Source of the DNA: Syntrophales bacterium
GTDB lineage: Bacteria > Desulfobacterota > Syntrophia > Syntrophales > PHBD01
Length of the DNA stretch: 64,000 nt
Assembly (NCBI GenBank): GCA_963668175.1
Contig: OY764159.1
Location: 2,912,001 to 2,976,000 of the forward strand
Direction: 5' to 3'
A model generated the notes under the pieces. It worked only from the letters and a program-made list of their open reading frames with translations, was not told where the DNA came from and did no database searches. Within the stretch, counting starts at the first letter, position 1, and every line of letters starts with the position of its first letter. The position numbers and the translations under genes are program-made. Positions 9,439 to 19,108 of the stretch are shown here, piece after piece.

Positions 9439-10056
9439 CTATGCGATGCCGTCCAGGTGGCAGGTGTCGTTGAGGAGCATGAGAATGGGTTTGCTTCCCG
9501 GCAGACAGTCCAGCCTGGAGAGGGAACCGTTCAACAGCCAGAAGCTGCTCAGATTCTTCGCGTCGAGGCCCAGGGCATGGCATATCATCCCCCTGACGGG
9601 CCCCATATGGGTGGAGACAAGGATCGTCTTGTCTTCGGAGGCGATTCTATCGAACAGGAGGCCCGCCCTTTTTATCAGATCGGCGTAATTTTCCCCGCCT
9701 GTCGGCCTGCCGAGGCCGCCGTTTTGCACCCAGGCCTGCCAGTCCTCAGGAAAACGCACGGCGATCTCGTCGCGCGTAAGCCCCTCCCACTCGCCGTAGT
9801 TGCATTCGCGAAGTTCCGGCAGGGCTGTCACCGGGATCTCACGCCCCTGAGCCGCGGCAACGATCCGCGTCGTCTCGAGTACCCGTCCTATGTCGCTTGA
9901 ATAGATCTCATCGAAACGGACGGACGCAAGCCGTGAGGCCAGGGCCTCGGCCTGACGCCGTCCCCGTTCGTTCAAGGGTATATCGGTCCGTCCCTGGATG
10001 CGCCTGGCCCTGTTCCAGTCCGTCTCTCCATGGCGGGTCAAATAGATAATGGAAAT
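9439..10056 (-). CDS. Histidine phosphatase (phosphoglycerate mutase family), probable ATT start
   Basis: LTRHGETDWN, LRECNYGEWEG and lNDTCHL motifs. The start is extended to an ATT behind GGAGG (see findings). Confidence 0.88.
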   Translation of the reverse strand: MSIIYLTRHGETDWNRARRIQGRTDIPLNERGRRQAEALASRLASVRFDEIYSSDIGRVLETTRIVAAAQGREIPVTALPELRECNYGEWEGLTRDEIAVRFPEDWQAWVQNGGLGRPTGGENYADLIKRAGLLFDRIASEDKTILVSTHMGPVRGMICHALGLDAKNLSSFWLLNGSLSRLDCLPGSKPILMLLNDTCHLDGIA

Positions 10057-10379
10057 GGTACACCTCCGTGTGTGGAAAATCCGCCTTTTTCACGAAGCCG
10101 GATGCGGCAAGGTCCCCGGCCTGTTAAAAGCGTACTTTCTTCTTATTTTTAAACGATCATGGGAAAATCGGGGACGGTCCTTGGACGATACGTTATGCCG
10201 GTGCCGTCAGTATCGGCGGCACAGGAAAGGGGTCCGGTACAATGTGTTGGCCTGGCAACGGGCGATTTCGGGACGAATATCCGCCCCGGCGATTTCCCAT
10301 CATGTCTTGCCGCCCTATATACCATGCCCTGATAAATCTCAAGCCGGACGACGCGTTTTCGGGGGCGGAATCAGCCGCC

Positions 10380-11201
10380 TCACGGCGTCTTGCGCCTGAA
10401 AAGGAGGATCATACTGCTGCGGTTTTCCTTGCCTGATAGGGGGCTCATGTCGATATCGAAATGCTCTTCTCCGACGGCATAATCCTTCACGCCGGATAAC
10501 GTCTTTCCGGACAGGCCGCTGTGGAAGGCCTCCATCACGATTTCCGGAAAGTAGTCGGCGATGTCGCCGCCCGCCGTTATCTGCCGCCCGTCGAAGGAAA
10601 GCCGGGACGCCGCGCCGTTGGTCAGGACGACGATACCGTGCTCGCTTACCCCGATGACCGGCATGGGAATATTGTCCAGGATCTCCCAGGACAGCTTGAA
10701 GAACTTGTTCTGGATTTCAAGCTCCTGATTCTTGATCCTGATGGTTTCCTCAAGCGACTCGCTGTAACGTTTCAACTCTTCGTTCTGATCCAGTATCTTC
10801 TGATGAAGCGACTTGTTCAGATGGATGAGTTCGTAATGCGCGAGGGCCGACTCGATTTCCATTTTCAATACTTCGTCGTTCCAGGGCTTCGGAAAGAATT
10901 TATAGATGTTGCCCCGATTGATGGCCTCGGTGATCATGCCTACATCGGAGAATCCCGACAGGACGATGCGGATGACGTCCGGATAGCGCCTCATGACATG
11001 GGTTAAAAACTCGGTGCCCGACATCTCCGGCATCCGCTGGTCGGAGACGACAACATGGACCTCGTGTTCCTCCAGCATCTTCAATCCCTCCGGACCGCTT
11101 GCCGCCGTGAGGACCCGATACTTTTCGTGTCCCAGGGCTCTCTTTAAAGCATTCAGAATGTTCTCCTCGTCGTCGACGAACAAGACGGTATGTTCGGTCA
11201 T
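10380..11201 (-). CDS. Response regulator with coiled coil and a C-terminal PAS-like region
   Basis: VLFVDDE, SDQRMPEM and KPW receiver motifs. Confidence 0.88.
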   Translation of the reverse strand: MTEHTVLFVDDEENILNALKRALGHEKYRVLTAASGPEGLKMLEEHEVHVVVSDQRMPEMSGTEFLTHVMRRYPDVIRIVLSGFSDVGMITEAINRGNIYKFFPKPWNDEVLKMEIESALAHYELIHLNKSLHQKILDQNEELKRYSESLEETIRIKNQELEIQNKFFKLSWEILDNIPMPVIGVSEHGIVVLTNGAASRLSFDGRQITAGGDIADYFPEIVMEAFHSGLSGKTLSGVKDYAVGEEHFDIDMSPLSGKENRSSMILLFRRKTP

Positions 11202-11211
11202 GATGTCCTCC

Positions 11212-12078
11212 TCAGAATACTTCGCTCAATTTTTCGATCTCTTCCTCCACGGCCGGGCGCCAGGCGCCGAAATCGCCCAGAAGGGGTATGACCGTCGAAT
11301 ATCCCGGAAATCCCTTCAGGATCTCTTCGTTACCGGAATCCCCGAACTGGTGATTGACAATGATGTTGGCGGCATACGTACAGATATGCAGCCAGAAGTC
11401 GGATGCCGTCCTGGTCACATGGTGGTGATATTCGACGGCGTCGACGAGGCGTGCGGGAAACCGCCACTTCCGAACCAGATGTGCGCCGATGCCGGCGTGC
11501 GTGATCGGCAGGAACTTCTTTTCGGCCTCGGCAAAGGAAATGCCTTCCTCATGGCTGAGCTTCAACACCCGTTCGAATAATCCGGGCAGGTGCTCCTCCA
11601 TGATCAGCTTGCCCAGGTCGTGGATGAGGCCGGCGACGAAACAATCGTCCGGGGGCGCCATCCTCGCCCTTTCCGCCAGCCGCCTGCTCGTGACGGCCAC
11701 GGCCAGGGAGTGCTTCCAAAGGTCCCGGATGTCGAAATCGCCGAATTTCTCCTTCGTGCGGAAGATGTCGATCAGGGCCACCGTGGCGATGGAATTGCGG
11801 ACCGTGTTGAACCCCAGGATCAGGATCGCCTGCGATATATCCACGATCTTCGAGCGGAATCCGTAAAAGGAGGAATTGACCAGCTTCAATATCTTGGTCG
11901 TGATGACCTGGTCCTTTTCGATGACGTCCTGCATCCTCTTGTTGGATACGTCCGCCTTCTCAAGCATCCTGTTGATTTCCAGCAGGATATGGGGGATCGT
12001 CGGCAGGCTCGTGATGCTGTCGATCCTGGCAATGATGGTCCTCAATTCCACCGGCGGCTCTTCGCGTTGCTTTTCCAT
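11212..12078 (-). CDS. HDOD domain protein
   Basis: LPTIP, ILKLVNSSFYG, LWKHSLAVA, AGLIHDLGK and THAGIGA motifs. Confidence 0.9.
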   Translation of the reverse strand: MEKQREEPPVELRTIIARIDSITSLPTIPHILLEINRMLEKADVSNKRMQDVIEKDQVITTKILKLVNSSFYGFRSKIVDISQAILILGFNTVRNSIATVALIDIFRTKEKFGDFDIRDLWKHSLAVAVTSRRLAERARMAPPDDCFVAGLIHDLGKLIMEEHLPGLFERVLKLSHEEGISFAEAEKKFLPITHAGIGAHLVRKWRFPARLVDAVEYHHHVTRTASDFWLHICTYAANIIVNHQFGDSGNEEILKGFPGYSTVIPLLGDFGAWRPAVEEEIEKLSEVF

Positions 12079-12119
12079 ATGTGGTTATCCCTGTCCTTTC
12101 GTCTTCAGGTGCGCCGCAC

Positions 12120-13469
12120 CTATTCCCTCACGATATGAATGTCGTCCGTGATCGGATCGTTATCATGCAGGAGCTTGAGCTTGCGGATGATGCCCGGGGT
12201 CAGCAGGGCGTCCTGCGGCAGCAGGAAACGCCCGCTCGACGAATAGAGGGGCTTGGCCAGCTTCATCCCTTCCCGGACGTTCGCCAGCGACACCCGGAGC
12301 TCATGCATCAGGGATACCTTCCTTGTCTTGATCAGGGTGAGAAAGTGCTTGACGATCTCCGGATCGAAGGACTGGAAACTCTCCTTTTTCAGGTACGTCG
12401 CCGCCTCCTCCTGGAGGGCCTCTTCGTACTTCGTATGGGCCCGGGCCGCCTTCGCCGCCGCAACGGCCCCGCCCATGTTCACCTGGAGGTTGACGATCTT
12501 GTCGTAGGCGTCCGCCACCGCAATGATCTTCGCCCCCGTGGGTATCTCCTCGTCCTTCAGCCGGTCCGGATACCCTTCCCCGTCGTACTTCTCGTGGTGC
12601 GTCCGGATGAGGACGCCGACGTGGGTGAGCCTGTTGATGAAATGGATCGTCTCCTGCCCGTAAACCGGGTGGTTCTTGAAAGTGTTGCGCTCCTCCGTCG
12701 TCCACTCCTCCTCCTTGTATTCGAGAAGCTTCTGAGTGAAACCGAGCTTCCCGATGTCGTGCAGGAGCGCGGCGATCTCGATATGGACGATGTCGTTCTC
12801 GGGAAGACCCATCGCCTGGGAAAGCTCCCGGGCGGTCTGGCTGACGCGGCGGCCGTGACCCGCCAGTGTCGGGTTGAACCGGTCCGTCAGGGCGCCGAAG
12901 GACTTCACCGTGTTGAACAACCCCGATTCCAGCTCCCGGTTCATGTAAATCAGGGCCTCGTTCTTCTTCAGGATCTCCGCGGTCTTCTCCCGGACCTTGT
13001 TCTCCAGGCCGGCATTCAACTCCACAAGCTCCTCGTTCTGCTTCTTCGTCAGCCCCTGCAAACGCCGGTTCTCCATGACGAGCCCGTACTGCTCCAGGAC
13101 CTGGCGGACCTGGATGATCAGTTCGTCGTCCTTCCAGGGCTTCGAGAAATACCGGTGGACGCCGCCCTTGTTGATGGCGTCGACGATGGCCTCCATGTCC
13201 GAATATCCCGTGAGGAGGACCCGCATACTGTCCGGGGTGATCTTCCTGGCCTCCGCCAGGAACCGGTCTCCCGTCATCTCCGGCATGCGCTGGTCGGAAA
13301 TGATGAGGGAAAAGGGCGTCGCCGCTTCGCCGATCTTCTTCAGCCCTTCGCTTCCTCCCACGGCCGTCGCAATCTCGTAGTTCTCGTTCCGGAAGAGGCG
13401 CACAAGCGACCGCAGGATCGCCTCCTCGTCGTCCACAATAAGAATGGAATGTCTTGTCTTTTCTTCCAT
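12120..13469 (-). CDS. REC + HD-GYP phosphodiesterase (RpfG-like)
   Basis: N-terminal REC; GHGRRV, LLHDIGK, HHEKYDGEGYP and VADAYD motifs. Confidence 0.92.
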   Translation of the reverse strand: MEEKTRHSILIVDDEEAILRSLVRLFRNENYEIATAVGGSEGLKKIGEAATPFSLIISDQRMPEMTGDRFLAEARKITPDSMRVLLTGYSDMEAIVDAINKGGVHRYFSKPWKDDELIIQVRQVLEQYGLVMENRRLQGLTKKQNEELVELNAGLENKVREKTAEILKKNEALIYMNRELESGLFNTVKSFGALTDRFNPTLAGHGRRVSQTARELSQAMGLPENDIVHIEIAALLHDIGKLGFTQKLLEYKEEEWTTEERNTFKNHPVYGQETIHFINRLTHVGVLIRTHHEKYDGEGYPDRLKDEEIPTGAKIIAVADAYDKIVNLQVNMGGAVAAAKAARAHTKYEEALQEEAATYLKKESFQSFDPEIVKHFLTLIKTRKVSLMHELRVSLANVREGMKLAKPLYSSSGRFLLPQDALLTPGIIRKLKLLHDNDPITDDIHIVRE

Positions 13470-13501
13470 GATGCCGCTTTCTGTGCGGTCCCCGGCCGCC
13501 G

Positions 13502-16500
13502 TCAGCTGTTGAGATGGATCGGTATCCTGACGGTAAAGGTCGTTCCCGCACCGACCGTGCTCTCCACGTCGATGCTGCCGTTGTGCTTCTCGATGATGCT
13601 GTATGCAACGTGCAGTCCCAGGCCGGTGCCCTTGCCCACTTCCTTCGTGGTGAAGAAGGGGTCGAAGAGCTTCGGCAGATTCTCCGGCGGTATCCCCACG
13701 CCCGTGTCGGAAATCCCGATCTCGATGTATCCGCCATCGGACTTCGTCGATATCCGGATTTCCCCTTTATCCTTGATCGCCTGGGCCGCGTTGACCAGGA
13801 GGTTCATGAAGACCTGGTTGAGCTGCTGCGGGTACCCCAGCACGCGGGGGATGTCGCCGTAATCCTTGCGCACGGAGGCCTTGTACTTCAGCTCGTTCCA
13901 GACGATGTTGAGCGTCGATTCGATGTTTTCGTTGACGTTGAACGAGGTCTCCTTCTCTTCGCCGGGGTGGGCGAAATTTTTCAGGTCCTGGACGATGCGG
14001 GCAATCCTTCCCGTTCCTTCGCGAGATTCGGCGATCAGGGCCGCTGCGTCCTCGTAGATGTCATCCATTTTCAGCTTGGCCTCGAATTCTTTTATCTGTC
14101 GCAACCTGTCCATGACGGCTCCCGGGACCGGTTTCCCCGGTCCCAGTTCCTGAAGTTCCCGCATGATATCGCGGCTCATGTTGCACCCGGCGATCATATC
14201 GTTTACGTATTCGGACAACGTGTTCAGGTTGCTGCTGACAAAGGCCGTCGGATTGTTGATCTCGTGGGCCACGCCCGCGGCGAGCTTGCCGATGGAGGCC
14301 ATCTTCTCGGCCTGGAGAAGTTGGATCTGGGACATCTTCTTCGCGGTGACGTCTTCAAAGATGGCGACGATCTTGCCGCCGGCCGACTCCCCGGTCCGGC
14401 AGGACGTCACTTTGCAGACGATGTTCCTCCCGTCGCGGTGGCGGCAGTGAATTTCCGCCTCCCGGCGGGCCGGTGTTTCGTTTACGGTTTCGGATTGGAA
14501 CTGGCCGGTCAGGTCCCGGCATTCGTTTTCGTCCTGACAGAAGACGTCGAGCGTCCGGCCGATGAGTTCCTCCGGCTTCCAGCCGAAGACGGACTCCGCC
14601 GCATCGTTGACAAAAAGGATGCAGCTATTCTGAAGGCCGAGCACGACATGCGGGATGGCCGACATGATGGACGATTCCAGCGCCGTTATTTCCGCGAGCC
14701 TCGCCTGGGATTCCTTAAGGTCGGTCACATCGAGGGCGTTGCCGAGGATGGCCAGCCGGCCGTCGTAAACAATGGGGGTGAGGATTTGTGAAATCCAGCG
14801 GATACGATTCCCTTTGGTGACGATCCGATACTCGTAGGCCGTCGTGCGGAGCCCATTGAGCATTTCCTTTGCATATGCGGAGCACATAGCCTTGTCTTCG
14901 GGATGGATCATGATATCCGCATCCCGGCCGCGGATATCCTCCGTGTATCCCGTGTAGGCGATGGCGTTCTTGTTGATGAAACGGAATTTGCCGTCCTGCA
15001 CGATGAAGATGGCGCCCATGGAGCTTTCCGCCAGGACCTGATAGAGCGCTTCGGAGCGTTTGCGTTCGGTGATGTCGTGAACGATGGAGTGGATGAGCTT
15101 CCTGCCTTGAATGTCGATCGTACCGCTGTACACCTCCACATCCCGGATCGATCCGTCCGCCCTCCGATGGCGGAATTCAAAATACGTTTTCTCCCTGTTG
15201 CGGGCCTTTCCCAATTCCTTTTTTATATCTTCGGGAGAAAGCGTGTTGATCTCATGGATTTTCATCTGCAGGAGTTTTTCTTTCGGCCAGCCGTAGTATT
15301 TGACGGCCGCATCGTTCGCTTCGACGATCCCGCCGGAATCCGGATCAATGAGGAACTTGACGGCGGAATGATTTTCAAAGACGCTCCTGTATCTTTCCTC
15401 ACTCTCTCTCAGTCTTCCCTCGGACAGCTTGCGGTCCGTGATGTCCAGCATCGTTCCGATGGCGGCCGGTCTTCCCCTGTATACGGTGGAGGAACTGTGG
15501 ACCTCCATGTACCGGACGGCTCCCTGTTTGGTCCGTATCCTGAATTCGTAATGGACGTACTTGATTTCTCCGGACAATCTTTTTCTCAGGTATTCCTCAA
15601 CCAGCGGCCAGTCCTCGGGATGGATGACGTCCTTCGGCCCCATGACGCCCAGCATGTCTTCGATTTCGTATCCCAATATCCGGGCAAACGTCGCATTCAT
15701 GTACTGGTACCTGTCATCCTGGACCAGGTAGATGCCGACGATGGATTTTTCGGAAAGGTCTTTGAACTTCGTTTCCGATTCCCGCAGCGCCTCTTCGGCC
15801 TGACTGCGGTCGGTGATGTCCAGGACGGTTCCGATGGCGGCGGGCCGTCCACGGTATATGGTAGCGGAACTGTGGACCTCGATATATCTTACGTTTTGCT
15901 GTTTCGTGAGTGCTTTCAAAACGTAATGGGACGTTTTGATGGCACCGGATAGTCTCTTCTGCAGTTGTTCTTCTACGACGGGCAAATCTTCGGGAGCAAC
16001 GACATCTCTCGTTCCCAGCTTATCGAGCATTTCGTCGATTTCGTAACCGAAAATCCTTGCAAATGTCGCGTTCACGTATCTGAAAAGACCGTCCTGAATC
16101 AGGTAGATGCCGACGATGGATTTCTCGGATAAGTCCTTGAACTTGATTTCCGATTCCCGCAGCGCCTCTTCCGCCTGCCGGCGTTCGGTGATATCGATGA
16201 CGGCGCCCCTGAGCCCTACGGGCTTACCGTCTCCGTATATGACACTGGAAACGACGACGGCGGGAAAGACCTTCCCGTCCGGTTTGCTCAACATATATTC
16301 CGTTCCGCTTATCTTCTCGCCTTCCAGGAGCCGCCGCATGTTCCCGATGGATTTCTCCCTGTCTTCGGGGGATAAGAGACGCCAGACATTGAAGCCTTGC
16401 TTCAGATCGTTTTCGCTGCCGCCGAAGAGCTCGTAAACGGCACGATTCGCCGCTATCATATTGCCTTCCAGATCCATTTCGTAGACCGGAATCGGCAGGA

Positions 16501-17413
16501 AGTCGTACAATTCCCTGTATTTTTTTTCACTCCTGATGACTCTTTCCTGATTTTCCAGGCTCTCCGAAACATCGCGGGCGACGGATATGATGCCTACGAT
16601 CCGGCCGTAGCGTTTCATGGGCGCTCCGCTGACTTCGCATTTCCTCACCTTCCCGTCACGGGCGACGGCCTGATAAATCGTGGACGCGATCGTTTCGCCC
16701 TTCAGGACCAGACTCGTATCGGCCATGGCCCGCAGATAGGTTTCAGTGGTAAGGATTTTTCTCAAGCATGTAACGGGACGGCCGATGAAATCCTCCGGTT
16801 TATACCCAATAATCTTCTCTACGCTGGGGGATACGTTGACGATCTTGAGGTTCGAATCGATCAGGAAGACCGTTTCCGAAATATTCTCGAAACTCAGCTT
16901 GTACAAGTCTTCCATCAGCCTGAGTTTCCGATTGGCTTCTTCCAGATCCATCATCTTCTTTTCCAGCTTTTTGAAAAGGACTGCATTGTGCGGGCGGAAG
17001 AATTCCATCTCTTCGCCAAGCGGTCTGACCGCCGCGGTTTTCGGCACATAATCCTCGGCCAGCATCCGGTTGATCTTATCCATCAGGACTTCCGGCTCCT
17101 GCGGCTTGTTAAGGAACAGGTCTGCGCCGAGACTGAGCGCAAATGCCTCATCCATCGGTTCCGCAGTGTAAAAGATCAAGGGGATGTTTCCGAATCGGTC
17201 GTCCGCTTTCCATGCCCGGCACAGCTCATATCCGTCCATGACCGGCATCGGGATATCCGTTACCACAAGGCCGGGGGGATTGCGCCGCGCCTTGCGCAGG
17301 GCATCCCGCCCGTTTTGAGCCGTCGACACGGCCATATCGTGCTCCTTCAGAAGGGCTTCGAGCAGACGGAGATCGGCGCTGTTGTCGTCGACGATAAGAA
17401 TTCTCTTCTTCAT
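13502..17413 (-). CDS. Cytoplasmic REC-multi-PAS histidine kinase
   Basis: N-terminal REC, about 7 PAS/PAC modules ending in DITE/DVT motifs, H-box AHEINNP, and N/G1/F/G2 boxes. Confidence 0.93.
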   Translation of the reverse strand: MKKRILIVDDNSADLRLLEALLKEHDMAVSTAQNGRDALRKARRNPPGLVVTDIPMPVMDGYELCRAWKADDRFGNIPLIFYTAEPMDEAFALSLGADLFLNKPQEPEVLMDKINRMLAEDYVPKTAAVRPLGEEMEFFRPHNAVLFKKLEKKMMDLEEANRKLRLMEDLYKLSFENISETVFLIDSNLKIVNVSPSVEKIIGYKPEDFIGRPVTCLRKILTTETYLRAMADTSLVLKGETIASTIYQAVARDGKVRKCEVSGAPMKRYGRIVGIISVARDVSESLENQERVIRSEKKYRELYDFLPIPVYEMDLEGNMIAANRAVYELFGGSENDLKQGFNVWRLLSPEDREKSIGNMRRLLEGEKISGTEYMLSKPDGKVFPAVVVSSVIYGDGKPVGLRGAVIDITERRQAEEALRESEIKFKDLSEKSIVGIYLIQDGLFRYVNATFARIFGYEIDEMLDKLGTRDVVAPEDLPVVEEQLQKRLSGAIKTSHYVLKALTKQQNVRYIEVHSSATIYRGRPAAIGTVLDITDRSQAEEALRESETKFKDLSEKSIVGIYLVQDDRYQYMNATFARILGYEIEDMLGVMGPKDVIHPEDWPLVEEYLRKRLSGEIKYVHYEFRIRTKQGAVRYMEVHSSSTVYRGRPAAIGTMLDITDRKLSEGRLRESEERYRSVFENHSAVKFLIDPDSGGIVEANDAAVKYYGWPKEKLLQMKIHEINTLSPEDIKKELGKARNREKTYFEFRHRRADGSIRDVEVYSGTIDIQGRKLIHSIVHDITERKRSEALYQVLAESSMGAIFIVQDGKFRFINKNAIAYTGYTEDIRGRDADIMIHPEDKAMCSAYAKEMLNGLRTTAYEYRIVTKGNRIRWISQILTPIVYDGRLAILGNALDVTDLKESQARLAEITALESSIMSAIPHVVLGLQNSCILFVNDAAESVFGWKPEELIGRTLDVFCQDENECRDLTGQFQSETVNETPARREAEIHCRHRDGRNIVCKVTSCRTGESAGGKIVAIFEDVTAKKMSQIQLLQAEKMASIGKLAAGVAHEINNPTAFVSSNLNTLSEYVNDMIAGCNMSRDIMRELQELGPGKPVPGAVMDRLRQIKEFEAKLKMDDIYEDAAALIAESREGTGRIARIVQDLKNFAHPGEEKETSFNVNENIESTLNIVWNELKYKASVRKDYGDIPRVLGYPQQLNQVFMNLLVNAAQAIKDKGEIRISTKSDGGYIEIGISDTGVGIPPENLPKLFDPFFTTKEVGKGTGLGLHVAYSIIEKHNGSIDVESTVGAGTTFTVRIPIHLNS
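15432..16181 (-). repeat. Intragenic tandem duplication of a 375-bp PAS module
   Basis: EALRESE(I/T)KFKDLSEKSIVGIYL...YRGRPAAIGT(V/M)LDITDR occurs twice. CCCGCAGCGCCTCTT occurs at 15781 and 16156. Confidence 0.85.
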
Positions 17414-18259
17414 GCTTCGCTCCTTTACGGATAGGAAGCTGATAGCCGATTCATGTTCCCGTACGGTTCATTGCCCGCAGCGACGGATAGCCAGGCGCCT
17501 TGATACGGACATGCAAACGATATGAAAAATCATGTCTTCTCTGTTTTCCCCTGCGATTTGAAACGAACCACGCTAGGGCTGCTTTTCCGGGTAACGGCTT
17601 ATCGGGACGGTCTTGCAGAACCATCCGGCGGAATTTTCCGTCTGTGCGGTATTTGTCCGTTGCGACTGGACAGTGTCTTAGAAGAAAGGACATGACGTAA
17701 CCTCGCCGTCGCCGGCCGCCAAGCCCTTATTGCCGCCGGTTCATGTTTAGAAACAGCATGTTATTCTGTTTCCGCGCCATGAACGGTGCGGCACAACAGA
17801 CATAGGGAAGAATCGGCGACCCGAACATGAGAAGCTCGACCGGCGGTTTACCGCCAAAGGCCGGGACAGGGACAGAGCGTTCATGCATACGAATCTTTCT
17901 TTTGTTCTTGATTTCCGACTCTTCATCGAATTGATGGCATGCAAAAGCGATGCCGAGAACTTAAAGCATAAGCGTCGAAGCCGGTCCCATGGAACACCGG
18001 TTCCGCGATGTCCGCGAGTCGCGCACCTTCCTTGCGCCCAGGAAAAACCGAAAAACGCATGTACGAAACGCCGCAAGACGGCACGTTTCGAATCATTTGT
18101 GGACTTTCAAGATATTAGGTGATATTTAATCGTTATTGACGCTCGACCTATCCGTCTCATTCTTTTCATGCCTTTCTTCTCTTCATCTTCTCGACTACAG
18201 GATCATCCGGACCGGGTAATTGTTTTAAACCCTCCATGCCGACTGGGGAGCAGTAAATC

Positions 18260-19108
18260 ATGCATCGGATATCCCGCATCCTGGCCGTTCCCTTTTTTTT
18301 CACCGTGTTGCTGGCATTGCTTATAACATTTCCGTCCCGGCTATTTGCCGCGGACGCCATTCGCATCAACGGCTGTGGAACCGGCCTGGACATGTTGAAG
18401 CCCCTTACGGAAGCCTACGCCAAAGTCTCGCGGGGCGTCTCTTTCAAGATGGAAAAACCGCTGGGAAGTTCCGGGGCGATCAAGGCGCTTCAGGCGGGAA
18501 TCCTCGACCTGGCCGTCTCATGCCGTCCCGTCAAACCCGAAGAAGCGGCCAGGGGAGCGAAGCCCATACCGTACGGCAAGACGCCCCTGGTCATTGTCAC
18601 CGATAAACGCGTTCCTTTGAAAAACATGACGGTCAGGGAACTGGAGGATATTTACGCCGGCAGAACGACGAAATGGCCCAACGGGGAAGCCGTCAGGATC
18701 ATTCTGCGTCCGAACGAGGAAACGGATACGAAGATTTTGAAGGGACTTTCGCCCGGCATGGCCGAGGCCGTCGACAGCGCTCACCGCCGCCCGGGAATGA
18801 TGATCGCCGTGACCGATCCCGAATCGAGCGAGGCGGTGTCAAGGACGATCGGCAGTATCGGGGCCTCCACGCTGACCGGCGTCCTTATCGATCGGTTGCC
18901 TAAGAATATGCTCAGTCTCAATGGCGTTGTCCCAAGCCTTAAAACCCTTGCGGACGGGACCTACCCGCTCGCCAAGGAAATCGTCTTCGTTACGGCGGGA
19001 GAACTCCCTTCCGCCGCCGCAAAATTCCTGCAATTCGTCTATTCGCGCAAAGGACGCGCCATTGCGGAGAAATCAGGAGTCCTGATCACCGCGGCCGCAG
19101 GCAAATGA
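18260..19108 (+). CDS. PstS-like (PBP2) substrate-binding protein
   Basis: Signal peptide; GCGT, LGSSGAI, GILDLAVSCRP, W..G..VRIILR and DGTYPL motifs. Confidence 0.85.
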   Translation: MHRISRILAVPFFFTVLLALLITFPSRLFAADAIRINGCGTGLDMLKPLTEAYAKVSRGVSFKMEKPLGSSGAIKALQAGILDLAVSCRPVKPEEAARGAKPIPYGKTPLVIVTDKRVPLKNMTVRELEDIYAGRTTKWPNGEAVRIILRPNEETDTKILKGLSPGMAEAVDSAHRRPGMMIAVTDPESSEAVSRTIGSIGASTLTGVLIDRLPKNMLSLNGVVPSLKTLADGTYPLAKEIVFVTAGELPSAAAKFLQFVYSRKGRAIAEKSGVLITAAAGK

